Below, piece by piece: positions 13,240 to 26,209 of a stretch of 64,000 bases of DNA. Each line of letters begins with the position of its first letter. Position 1 is the first letter of the stretch. The DNA comes from Octopus sinensis (Eukaryota): the NCBI RefSeq assembly GCF_006345805.1, contig NC_043004.1:97216001-97280000 (forward strand). The letters are read 5' to 3'. The notes below the pieces were generated by a model. The model worked only from the letters and a program-made list of their open reading frames with translations, ran no database searches and was not told the DNA's origin. Both the position numbers and the translations under genes were made by a program.

Positions 13240-13657
13240 ACTAACAATGCGTGTGGCAACTTGAAGGTCCACCCATCACACGTGGTTGACTGGCAGTTGC
13301 TCTGGCGCGAAAGCTACGTTGTTATCCTAGTTCCATAAACGGTGGTTTTTAACGGGTGGAGAGCTGAACCATCCTGAAGTACAGAGGATTCGCGATCTAG
13401 ACTAGGATCTGAAAGTTTTACCACACCATAGTGGGTTGCACCATGGTTCCTCTGCTTTGTGGTAGAAGTAGGAAGAAAGAGTGATAAAAAGTTGTGGTGA
13501 AAGAGTACAACGGGGTTCACCCCCCACCCGCTGGAGCCTCGTGGAGCTTAGGTATTTTTACTCAATAAACACTCACAATGCCCGGTCTGGGAATCGAAGC
13601 CGCGTTCTTACGACCGCGAGTCCGCTGCCCTAACCACTGGGCCGTTGCGCATCCACT
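13240..13657 (-). mobile_element. SINE with family C head (13480-13657) joined to an unrelated 3' segment
   Basis: Minus strand AGTGGATGCGCAACGGCCCAGTGGTTAGGGCAGCGGACTCGCGG... aligns with 3936-4130, then diverges completely. Confidence 0.7.
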
Positions 13658-14409
13658 GATGCTTTTGAAGCCGTTTGGATATAGGAGTTTTTCCTTGAAA
13701 ACCAAGCAAGATCTAACGACATAAACGTTAGAAAAAACGACGAAAAACAGGACAAATGAATTTTCTAAAATTTAGTTTCTATAGCAACAGTCAAGTTATA
13801 TACCGAGATTATTTTTATGTGAAGCAGGTGAACACAAATAGGGGTTATGGTCATTAATGTCTATAAAGACAAAAATATCAGTTTGAGGTGAACTAGAATA
13901 TATGTTCTCAGTGCAGGAAAACAGATAGTTGAATAAGTAAACGTGGGTAGAACTGTTTAGAGTCCATGTAAACTTAGGATAATGAAGAAGAATTGAGTCT
14001 GAATAATAAAGAGACCGTAAATATATTTAACCGGATTTATCCAAATATCATCAACTTCGTCGTCGTCGTCATCATCATCATCATCTGAAGCAATAACGAC
14101 GCCTATTATAGCATCTATTTCCCAATGCACAACTTAGATGTGTCTAATACAGTTTGTCACTCTTTAATTTGATCCTTTGACACTTCATTTGTAAGTCTTA
14201 TATTCTGATTCATCATCATCATTTCTTCTTATGTCATTTGTGAACTTTCTCAACTACAGACGCATAATACTACTGTCGACCGTCAGTATATGCTAACTTT
14301 TCCATCAAGTATTTGCTGTCAATTCACATTATAACCTCGTACCAGAATAGCCTCTCATTTTGCTGTCCAGCCGACGATGTGTTTCACTAACACTCCGTCT
14401 TTCATGTAT

Positions 14410-14418
14410 AATAATAAC

Positions 14419-14459
<41 letters not shown>

Positions 14460-14464
14460 TAATA

Positions 14465-14549
<85 letters not shown>

Positions 14550-14586
14550 GAAGAAGAAGAAAGAAGAAGAAGAAGAAGAAGAAGAC
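14410..14586. repeat. Compound microsatellite (AAT)n(AAG)n abutting a Dong/R4 element
   Basis: Direct reading. Confidence 0.98.
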
Positions 14587-14589
14587 TAA

Positions 14590-17500
14590 ACCGACAACAC
14601 CACTAAGCTTGCTTGGTGAGGAGGGTGGATTTCCGACACCCTGCAGGATTAAAATCTAAACCCGGCAAAAAGTAGAGGAAGTTAAAAAGTCAACGGTCAT
14701 TCCAAAAAACGGGTAGACAGACTCGTGGGCCTTGGTTGGCAGTCTGTCTAAGAGAAGGGTCACTGTGATTTAAAAACTGGAGTAGATAATACACCTTAGC
14801 CACAGCGGTGACAACCTGCCAGTGCCCAATGGCTCCGTGCTTAGGAAGAAGGCGAATGAACCGCGAACCGGGACTTAACTCCGGAGCAATATTTGGATGA
14901 AGATACGGGACCAACTGACGCACACCTATCTCCTATTGAGAATCGGGATCGTGGCCCCCAATACACAGAAATGCGAAGGGAACAGGCCCAACTTATGGGT
15001 AGTAAGAGCTCTGCAGTCTTGGTTGACTCCTTCACCAAAGCAACAGAATATTTCTTTACTACCCACAAGGGGCTAAACATAGAGGGGACAAACAAGGACA
15101 GACAAAGGGATCAAGTCGATTACATCGACCCAGTGCGAAACTGGTACTTTATTTGTCGACCCCGAGAGGATGAAAGGCAAAGTCGACCTCGGCGGAATTT
15201 GAACGACAGACGAAATACCGCTAAGCATTTCATCCGGCGTGCTAACGTTTCTGCCAGCTCGCCGCCCTCGAGCCAAACCAACAGAAGTGTGAGAAAAGGC
15301 GAGTATCTGGCGCCTTCAAATAACCAGTACTGTAGGCTGTACTCGTTATCCTTTGGTGGTAAGCAGCCTAAGAGAAGGAACACTCTGAGTATAAAACCAG
15401 GGGAACAAGGACCCTGCTACTTTGGCGGACTACCTTGACAGAGTTGGTGTCACAATAAAAATACCGGTTGGTAGTACCCCAAAAAAACACATCATTTGTG
15501 AGTGAAAATGCCAAGCAAAATAAATGACGATATCGGTGTGAACGGGACTGGAACCAATGGTTAAGGTACCGCACCCGGCAGGCACCCCACTGTGCAACAG
15601 GGTGGGTCCGGTCGTAATCCAGCAACTGATAACCATGCTACAAGACATAGATGGAGTAAACAAGTGAACATGATGGTTATGGAGTGTTACTACCGGAGTA
15701 CCCCCACTGGATGCGAATGGCGTGCCTGTCAGAGGGTACAGAAAACGAATTCACAGTGAATGGAAGGCAATGGACTTGTTCGAAATTGCTGAACAGAGAT
15801 TATTTGACCGAGCAAGAGCAATATGAAAGAATGAATGGTTAACAGAATTGAAGCTAGAAGCTATTAAGAGAATGATATCGGGTGATGCTGGGCATGCGAG
15901 ATACGAAAGTGTTATAGTGGAAGAGATAGACAATTGTTCATAAGAATATAATACCGTGAATTGTGAAAGAACTGAGATCAGTGACTACGCAAATAATGAA
16001 GATCGATTAATAATAGACAGAAATTTGGATCTATTAAATACAGAAGGGACAGAATTTATGTGCGACTTTAAGAAGGCTAAACAATCGAGACTAAATAAAG
16101 AGATAAATAAAGTCAATATTGTACTGAGATATACTGAAACAAAGAACACCACACAAATAAATAATCTTTTCAAGGCTGTTAGTAGGATGAGGCTGAGAAT
16201 AGAACAGCGACTGATAGAGGAGGAAATAAACAGCTGTGGTGGAAAAGGAAAATTTCTGAAGATATAAACTCCTTGAACAGTGTAGTGTCAATACTTGTTA
16301 GGAAAGAAATGGAGAACTTATTAATGGATGGAAATTCGAAAAAGTTAGGAAGCGGTATGGTGGAGACACAAAAGGCCTGAATGTTGTAATTGAAGAGCTA
16401 AAGCAGCGCATATATGCAAAAAAAAAACAAAGCAAGACTGTATAGGTTTGAACAACAGATTAAGCAATACCAGCAAAACATTAAAAGACCAAGAAAGATT
16501 TTATCAAGTGATTAATGTCGATAAAAATCGTGGAAGATCAGTCCTTGATGTTGATGAAAGTCGACTTTTTTTGGGTAAGATAGGGAGTGATCAAGAGCAA
16601 CAATACTACAGCTGAATGGCTCTGCAGCCTGAAGAAAGCAGCTTCTTATACCCAGCAAGAGATTATCTACTTCATAGAAAACTGTATCAGAAATATGAGT
16701 AAAAAGATAAGCAACTGAAAAGCAGTAGGACTTGATGGTGTACAGGGATTTGGAATAAAAGAGTTCATTAGTTGCCATAAATTGATCGCAGAACAATTTA
16801 ATGCACTGATCAACGGAGAAGATGAAATCCCGGACTGGTTGACAAAAGGATGAACGGTGTCGCACCTGAAGGATGCATCAAAAGGTAATGTTGCTGACAA
16901 TTATAGACAAAATTCCAGCCTCCCGTTAATGTGGAAGTTACTGAAAGAAGGAATTGCAGAAGAATAGTATAAATTTCTTGAACAAAAAGGGTGTAGAAGG
17001 AGATGAAGAAATACCAAAGATAAACTATTGATAGACAAAATGGTAATGCAATATTATAAACGAGGGAGAACAAACCTGGTAATGGCCTGGATTGACTAGC
17101 GCAAAGCTTATGGTATGATCTACATTCGTGGATCATCGAATGCTTAAAACTGTTTGGAATTGCAAGGAATATAATGTGTTTCCTGAAGAGAACTATGGTG
17201 GGATAGAAAACTGAACTGACATCTTACAGAAAAATCCTGGGCACCCTGGGTATCAAAAGAGGGATTTTCCTGGGTAACAGCCTATCTCTGTTGCTTTTCG
17301 TTCTTTGCATGATACCCCTGACATTGGTACTCAGGAAAAGGAACCTGGGGTACTAACTAAAGCCTTCCACCCTAAGAGTGACACCGGTAGGCTGTACTTG
17401 TCCAGAAAAAAAGGTGGGAGAGGATTGATCAGTTGCCAGGACGGTGTCGAAGGAGAGGAAAACAGCCTAGAATGGTATATAAAAATGCCATGGAGCCACT

Positions 17501-17745
17501 ATTGAAACAGACGAAGGCTGGTGTCATTTAAACTGAAAATTGTGTAACTAAACAAAAGTTTAAACAAGAAATGAACAAAAAAAAGAGATACAGAGGACCG
17601 GTGGCTATGGATGAGGAAGAGTAACCTAAAGATACAGACAGAAGTACTCATATGCACAGCTCAGGAACAGGTGTTAAGTACCAATTATATGAAGTCCAGA
17701 ATTGACGACACTACCGATAGCGACAAACGCAGACAAATGAACAAC
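14590..17745 (+). mobile_element. Decayed R4/Dong-clade non-LTR retrotransposon (probable 5' UTR plus disrupted single ORF), copy 1
   Basis: Hand translation across stops and frameshifts: VMECYYRSTPLDANGVPVRGYRKR, EQRLFDRARAI, KAVGLDGVQGF, AWID*RKAY, KRGIFLGNSLSLLLFVLCMIPL, HPKSDTGRLYLSRKKGGRGL, WLWMRKSNLKIQTEVLICTAQEQVL; internal deletion after RT motif B; the 5' UTR assignment is less certain. Confidence 0.85.
15048..15268 (-). mobile_element. SINE family B inserted in the Dong 5' region
   Basis: Minus strand AGGGCGGCGAGCTGGCAGAAACGTTAGCACGCCGG...GAGGTCGACTTTGCCTTTCATCC...GTGGGTAGTAAAGAAATA. Confidence 0.92.
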
Positions 17746-18349
17746 GACAAACGCAGATAAATTAACATGTCAAGAAAACTTAAAAGCTTTCATATATTAC
17801 CCAAGTACGTAAAAACAACATTAATTGCAACACAATTGAATTCAGAATTTCAAAATCAACGACGTGAATATCAGTATGTGTGTGTGTTTGTGTGTGTATG
17901 TATATATATTATTGTTTTTTATTCTACCAGTAATTGCAAATAGAACAGGTTGAATTGCTTCTTTTCAAGGTAGCGCTCTCAGTGGCCACTGACAGTAGTA
18001 AACACATTTGACATCTGCTGACCTAGAGGGTGCGAAGATTCCTTTGTCTTTATGGCTGATCTCCCCACCATCTGCCGAATCTATTTATAGACCTGTAGAT
18101 TATGATCTATTCACCAAACTGCTACTCAACTATTTGCTCAAACAATGGTAGTGGTGGTGATGGAAATAATGATAAAAATAAGAATAATAATAAGCTGCAG
18201 CTGCTAATACTAAATACTACTAACACTACAATAATACTACAAATACTACTATTATGATAGCACAGGAATCTGAGGCCAAACTCCCACCATTATCACTACC
18301 CCCACCGCTGCTACTATTGCTGTTACTGCAACCACTGCTACTACTACAC

Positions 18350-18830
18350 ATAAAAACAATTTTGGAAATGGATAAATTGATGGAGAAAGAAATGACAGAA
18401 ACATTTAAGGTGGAGTAATTGCGCAGACTGAGACTGATCCTTAAGTCGAAATTCAATGGACGGAAAAAGATCGAAGTTATCAACACCTGGGCGGTTTCAA
18501 TCCTTAGCAGGAATAATCGCATAGAGAGTAGACGAACTAAACAGCTTAGACAGAGGGATAGAGGGGTTGCTAACTAGATATGAGACACTCCACCCAAAAA
18601 GTGACACAGACAGACTATATGTACCAAGAAAACGAGGGGGAAGAGGACTTGTTGGATTCAAACACAGTATTAGAGGAGAAGAGAACAACATAGCATAGTA
18701 TGTAAAAAATGCTACAGAACAGCTATTATTAAAAGAAAGAAGGTCAGACTTGTGTAGGATGAAAGATTGCAAAGATAAAGCACTATACAAGAAATTGAAA
18801 ACAAATGAAACTGTAAATAGGTGGATAAAG
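18350..18830 (+). mobile_element. R4/Dong fragment, copy 2 (resumes at ~19853-19900 after a CR1 insertion)
   Basis: LRRLRLILKSKFNGRKKIEVINTWAVS, PKSDTDRLYVPRKRGGRGL, ...VNRWIK; after the CR1: KRMHGQFH. Confidence 0.85.
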
Positions 18831-19852
18831 TTAAGTTAGGTTAAGTTAATTTTTTGGCTCAAAAAGCAAAAAGCAAGGCCATGTAGAGGGACATGGTGTT
18901 ATGTACAGGGGTGTTCATGCAAAGAGTTCAGGCCATTACTGGTCAAGAGAGACTTTGAACCGAGCGGTCGTCGGCATCTTCACTATCTCGTCCGGCGCTT
19001 ATTCTACGGATCCGCAACCCGGACGGAGAAAGCCCCCTCCTTCGATTGAGATGAAATCGTCGCAGATAGAGCTTTTCGGAGTGACCCCACAGCCTACGCT
19101 CTGGAGCAGAAGTGAAGAACAGCTCTTTCTAGAGGTTACACTTTCCGCTTATGATGTTGTGAGCAAGAATGAGATCTCCACGACGTCATCGTTTTTCTAG
19201 AGAATAAAGGTCGAGCGTCTTCAGCCTTTCTTCATAAGACAAATGCTTGAGACCAAGAACCATGTGGGTAGCCAGCTTCTGGACTCGTTCGAGATGCTGT
19301 GTGTCTTTGAGAAGGAGAAGAAGCTTGAATCCCGTACTCCAATATGGGTCTCACCAGCGTGACATAGAGCGGTAGGAATATGGCTGCTGTGACCATTCCG
19401 AAAGACCGTCGAATCAAAAACAGAACTCCGCGTGCTTTGTTGGCAGCATGGACGCACTGGGCCGAAGGCGAAAAGGAAGAATCCACCAAGATACCCAGGT
19501 CCTTCACCTGGTCGGTCCTCTCCAGCAGCTGACGACCCGGCTCGAAATCAAGTTGAGTTGCAGGAGAAGACCCAACAGGCAGATGACAGCACTTTGACAC
19601 GTTCAGACACAGGTCCCATTCGTTAGACCATCTCCAAACTTGGTGGAGGCATCGACGAAGATCATCTATATCACCGCGAGGAGCGACCAGTTTGACATCG
19701 TCGGCAAATAGAAGAGTGTGTTGCGTGAGGTCGTCGGGCAAGTCATTTATGAAGACTAAAAACAATAAGGACCCAAGCACTGAACCTTGAGGCACGCCAC
19801 TGCTCGCACTGGAGACGTCGGACAGCGAACCATTAACTTGGACTTGGAAGGA
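18831..19852 (-). mobile_element. 5'-truncated CR1-type LINE (RT C-terminal half, 3' UTR, (TTAAC)n tail)
   Basis: [46 protein letters not shown], then after a frameshift LERVQKLAT...[13 protein letters not shown]; ends TTAACTTAACCTAACTTAAC. Confidence 0.92.
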
Positions 19853-20174
19853 GGAAAAGAATGCATGGTCAATTTCATGGGGGTGTTGAAGATGACAATA
19901 GTGGTTTATTGAGACGAAAGCTTTTGGATTTTTTCGTATCGAAGAACGATAAGCTGAAAAAAGAGTTTTTTTCTTTATAATCCACGGGAGGTGACCTGGG
20001 TTACCGGGAGTGCGAATAAGAATACAAGAGTTACTGAATGGAGTATGTAAGCTCTGGGGTACATGTTTCATAGCGGGTGGAACCTTAGAGGCTGTAAAAA
20101 TCCAGGCGAGTTGTATACAGCCGGTTGCCTTTCAGGCCAAGCATATCTTGATTATATATACATAATTACATTAA

Positions 20175-21005
<831 letters not shown>

Positions 21006-21439
21006 TTATCATCCTCATTATATATATATACATATATATAATGATGATGATAAATATATACATGTATATATATATATGTATATACATATGTGTGTATGTA
21101 TGTATGTACCATCATCATCATCATCATCAATTCATTCACCTATTCCTCCTCATCATCATTGTAATGTCTTCATTCTCATTCTCGACGTGACCAAACTGAA
21201 TCGGGTAAGACAGATTTTCTGCCCTTGGGTTACCCGTCTGCTATCACTCTTCACTTGTTTCCAAGTAAGTTTATATTTCCTCCTGAGTAAATTTTTCTTG
21301 GATATCTGGACACGAATGAGACTGTTTATACGATGCTGACGCTTGCATAAAATTATTATGTAATATGAAACCAAGAGGATACAAATACTCACAAACATAC
21401 ATATATTATAGAAAGATGTGATAATTTTATATGTGAAAT

Positions 21440-21600
21440 CGATACTATACTTTATGTCACAAAAAGCTTCCAATTTTGATGGATAAATACCTCCCTAGCG
21501 ACCGAGAAAGTCTTTGGTAGGCATACTATCAACTTAAGCTACAAATGCATCGTCAATATACTCATTCTACCATTTAAGGGTTATATAGCAAATGGAATAG
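21440..21600 (+). mobile_element. Penelope-like element linker fragment
   Basis: LMDKYLPS / KVFGRHTINLSYKCIVNI resembles the PLE RT-endonuclease linker (KIFNRNTxKxSYSCMPN type). Confidence 0.5.
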
Positions 21601-21730
21601 GAAATAGTTCATACTTTCGAAATATAGCTAATAAATGGCTTAGTCTGATGTTATATAATTATGGCTACAAAATACTAATAACTACATAGTGTAAGATATG
21701 TTGTTTGTGCTGCTTTAACTCTCTGTCTGC

Positions 21731-21814
<84 letters not shown>

Positions 21815-22329
21815 TCATCTAGCTATCCTTGTAGTTGTTCAATTGATCTGTATTCGTATCTATCAATTTGTCTGTATTTCTATCTATCATTTTGCCAGTC
21901 TTCTGTCTGTGGTAGAGATACAAAACAGTGTGAAACATTCAGAGGAGTAAAGAACATAATAGAATGATATAACGTAAGTTATAGATTTTATTTTAAGCTG
22001 AGATTGCATAGATTGTATCTATTAGTTTAACGTAATCAGTGAAATAAATGAGATGATTTTTATCTATAGATGGCATAAACTATAAAACATAAAGTTGAAT
22101 AAATATGTTAACAACATAAAACGTTTGATACAGTCGGGACGTTATTGTATAAGGCTACCAGTTTTTCTTTTGATTGTCTCTTTGATAAATGACAACAAAT
22201 ATAATAAATTTTTTATCCACGTTAACTGAAGAAAAGTTTTTGATTATTTTCGAAAGTGATGATTGTTAGGCGTCTATTCATCTCTTCTTTCTTTGCCATT
22301 AAATAATTGAAATTATTTTAATGAATATT

Positions 22330-22600
22330 TTGATTTATGATGACAAAATATATAAATTCAGAATGTTTTTGTTCCATATGAAATCTTCATGAAAAAGCAT
22401 TCTCACTTGCCACGAGAATATCACGAATATCATTGCCAACTTTATAAAGTTAACATCTTTTAATATATTCCTAACAACTTTGTAGTTCTCAACAAAATCA
22501 CATTTCGATAAAATTCCGTTATACTTCATTCCGAATTTTTTTAAAGGAATATCGATGTTGTTTAAATCGTTCATTGAATATTTTGTTTTAAATACTTCTA
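22330..22600 (-). mobile_element. Possible Penelope-like N-terminal fragment
   Basis: FGMKY...VVRNILKDVNFIK weakly resembles the PLE N-terminal region; very AT-rich. Confidence 0.35.
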
Positions 22601-22680
22601 TGCAATAGCCAATTCATTTTGAAAGCATACTTTATTTAAAGGAAAATTCACGAGATTAAGACAGTTACATAAATGGAAAG

Positions 22681-22882
22681 TATTGGGTTGTCCGAAAAGT
22701 TCGTGCCGATTTATCGTAGCTTGCATTTCGACTTATCTTAGAACGTAGTTGAATCCATAAAATAAGATTTGACTACACCTCCATTTAGAGCACAGTTGAA
22801 GCTATCATTTCGTGGAAGAAGATTTATGTTCCTATAACCTGTATTAATTCTGTAACCCTTTAAAATGGAAGATAAGAAAGTC
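22681..22882 (+). mobile_element. Mariner left-end fragment (same family as 58897-59461)
   Basis: TA + TTGGGTTGTCCGAAAAGTTCGTGCCGATTT TIR, 5' UTR and ATGGAAGATAAGAAAGT start align with the right end of 58897-59461. Confidence 0.85.
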
Positions 22883-22924
22883 CATTAGAGATTAGTTACC
22901 AGGGTAGCCAAATATCACATAAGC

Positions 22925-23410
22925 GCCTAAGAAATTACTAACCAAGGAATATTTTTGCTTATCTCAGAATTAGAAGGATATATAAGACGGGAAATTGTGT
23001 TATTGAAGAAGTTAGGCCTGTGGTTCTTTGAAATAAATCGGGGTTGCTTTGGATTTGAATGTTCAGTCTTCATTTGTAAGTTATATTTTTCCTATATTTA
23101 CTTAGCTTCCATGTTAGCTTTCCTATTAGCATTTTTACCGGTAGTTTTGTATACTTTTTGTATTTCCTTCCTGAGTAATTTTAGGTAATAATCCGTGCTT
23201 AAGTAATACAGTTTGCTGATTTTATTAGACTGGACGAGTAGACCTTCCATGCTGTTTATTTACTTGGTAATATTAGGAAGATATCTCAGATGTTTATTCC
23301 TTAAGGAGGAACGATGGAATTTAACATTCTTAACAATAGACTAGAGGTGAATTTCAAACAGTTTTAATCTTGGGTTAGGAGAAGGATTATTTTTAGATTT
23401 GAACAATTTA
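22925..23410 (-). mobile_element. Penelope-like RT N-terminal fragment
   Basis: KSKNNPSPN..., SNKISKLYYLSTDYYLKLL, FISKNHRPNFFNNTISRLIYPSNSEISK (cf. DKT..Y / ITLKDHK..RLINPAKSEIG). Confidence 0.7.
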
Positions 23411-23419
23411 CTAATTAAG

Positions 23420-24305
23420 AATTTTGTTCATTGGAGGGCGGTGTAATATCCTTATTAACCCAACTCTCCCTCTTATCTGTCCTTCCAGCTCTGATATCGG
23501 TATACTTAGCAAAAATTTTCTTAATAAGTATATTCTTTCTTTAAGGAAAAACCCTAAACTTAGTTTATGGTCTAATTCAATCCAGGTTTTGGACTGGTTC
23601 AATGCTATTGATAATAAACTAAGCACTAAGTTTATCCAGTTTGTAGTTATTCCTCTATTAATCTCATCATCCTTAATAAGGCCATATCGTTTGCGCATAA
23701 TAAATCTGGCCTAACTCGAGATGAAATTAATGTTATTTTAGCAGCTAGAGAATTTATTATCAAATTTGATAATAAATTTTGGGATCGTAAAGATCAACCT
23801 AATTGCTTTGGTATAACAATGTGGTCCAGGGACGCCGCTCGAGTTTCTGACCAGGTCGCTATATATATTCTATCCGAAATGGCAGGCTAATTCCCATATA
23901 TCATCCGTTGATTATATCACGACGATTGTATCACGACGATTCTTTACCTCCAAAATATCTCTAATCAAAAATTACAAAATGTTTAAAATAATCTAGTTAA
24001 ATTCTTTAGTAAAATGGGCCTAAGTATTACCCTTGCTGATGATAGAACAAAAGCTAATTTACTTCACCTTACTCTCAACTTAAATAGAGTTTTGTATTTC
24101 CCATACCATCCTACTAATACAACAAAAATCTGGTTAAAACATTTCACTTAGACTCTCTAAATTATCCGCTAATGTCAACATTTTCAGTAATAATGCTGAC
24201 TTGTATAATTCGTCGTTATATAAAGTAGGATACAAGGAGCAAATTAAATATTATAACCATCTTGATCCTAGTTTAACCTCTAATAACCACGTTAATAGCA
24301 ATTGC

Positions 24306-24381
<76 letters not shown>

Positions 24382-24407
24382 TAATAATAATAGTAATAAT
24401 AATAATG

Positions 24408-24479
<72 letters not shown>

Positions 24480-24790
24480 TTTCTTACATAGGTAATAATC
24501 TAGATAATAATTCCTTAGTCAAAAACCTAATCTTGGTAAATTCAAAAATATATAGTTTTCTGTAAAAATAAAAAAAATAACTTCAACTATAAATCTCTCT
24601 ATAAATTCCATGACCCTAGTAAAACTATTTGGTTTGTCATTCCATACGGAAAACAAATTAAAAGTAACCTTTCTTACCTTTCACGTGAAGCCATCGAAAG
24701 GAACTTGCTCTCAACTCACATAGTGAGTATTTTTTTCCAACACTAATAATCTGCTACAAATTATCTCCTCGTATAACAACTATATTCTTA
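23420..24790 (+). mobile_element. Penelope-like RT fragment interrupted by (AAT)n at 24305-24478
   Basis: LICPSSSDIGILSK, LWSNSIQVLDWF, FIQF, FGITM, LYHDD, GLSITL, NIFSNNADLYNSSLYKVGYKEQIKY, KTIWFVIPYGKQIKSN. Confidence 0.8.
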
Positions 24791-25194
24791 ACGGTAAAAG
24801 GTAGTTCTACTAAATGTGCTGCAGCAATGCTGCAGCTACTACACATATATGCATTCTAAGCCATATCCACAGAAAGACACTCAACCGATTTGTATAAAAA
24901 TTTACCTGCAGATATACTCCAACCACGATTTCACAGATATGCTTCCTTCTATATGTGACGTTTCTGACATTCCTTTAATAACTTCTCTTGTTTGTGTGTG
25001 TGTGTGTGGGGGGGTTATTAGTTTTGTGCCACTTCCCCTGAAAAAAATACGTTACATTAATCCCTCTTCCTCTCGCCATCCATATTGCGTCGAAACCGTT
25101 AGATAATAAAATAACTAGTGTTTCTACCCCACATCTTCTTTGGAAATCCATCCCTACTCTCCCAGCAATTGAAGCAAAACATTGGTTTAACATT

Positions 25195-25380
25195 TTGGAA
25201 CGAGGCCAGAAATTTCGGGGGGAGAGGGGGCAAGTCAATTATATCGATCCTAGTATTAAACTGGCACATATTTTATCGAACTCGAAATGGTAAAAGGCGG
25301 AGTCGACTTCGACGGATTTGAACTCAGAATGCAAAGACGGACGACATGTCACTAAACATTTCGCTTGGCTTTAATTGAAA
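25195..25380 (-). mobile_element. Diverged SINE family B (alternative tail)
   Basis: Reverse complement of GAGTTCAAATCCGTCGAAGTCGACTCCGCCTTTTACC...CCCCTCTCCCCCGAAATTTC. Confidence 0.7.
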
Positions 25381-25714
25381 CAAAATGCCAACAGCATCAT
25401 TATCGTTAGTCTCGGAGGACTCATAAAAGATATACGCGCTGCTCCTTCCTCCAGATGCATCCAAAAAGCAAACGAAAGAATTAAAACAAAACGCTACACA
25501 TATTAACATAACAACAGCTTAATATAGAACTAGAGCTGAATTTTATGGAGTCAACATCCTATGACCTGAAACATACTAGTTGTGACTATACTAATTTTGT
25601 TATATATTTAGGACTGTTTTAAGATAGTAGAGTATGGCTTGATGGAGATTTTTGCATGCTGTTTCGAATAGGTCAAAGTACCACAAAATAATGGCTTAAA
25701 ATTTTGGTAAAAAG

Positions 25715-25880
25715 CCAGCAATTTTAGTAGAGGAGGGGATGTAAGTCGATTAGGTTAACCTCAGTGTTCAACTGGTATTTCACTTATCGATCCCGAAAGA
25801 ATGAAAGACACAGCCGACCTTGGAATAATTTGAACCGCGAACGTAAAGACTGACGAAATGCCTCTATACTTTTAGCCCTG
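25715..25880 (-). mobile_element. Diverged SINE family B
   Basis: Reverse complement of GGTTCAAATTATTCCAAGGTCGGCTGTGTCTTTCATTCTTTCGGGATCGATAAG. Confidence 0.65.
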
Positions 25881-26209
25881 CGTGAAGCAACCACATAATT
25901 ATGGCCTCCTTATTAGTTCATGCTATTCAGTGTTGTTGCTGTCATTGTTATCATGTAATACTCAGCCAACTCTGATCTGCAGACTTATGATCAAAGATGT
26001 TGAAACAAGGCCATCCCACGTTTTAATATATTTGGGTCTAACTGCATTGTCCAATGAATGTTTCATTATGTAAATCAGCAACGTTTGTTATGAAGACGAT
26101 TTAGTTGCTATTTTCAGAAGATCATGTGACAGCATACAGGGTTTAAATAGGAATATACCATCATAATTTATAAATTCATAATTATTACTATGAAAGTATA
26201 TTCACGTTA

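Noticed and set aside
14700-14780. Hairpin TAGACAGACT/AGTCTGTCTA followed by AGAGAAGG, resembling the P4-J4/2-P2 end of an HDV-like ribozyme in a LINE 5' UTR
   Set aside because: Could not find the P2 5' strand, P1 or P3/L3 upstream
14893-15438. 181-aa ORF
   Set aside because: Runs through an antisense SINE B and LINE 5' UTR; no protein motif
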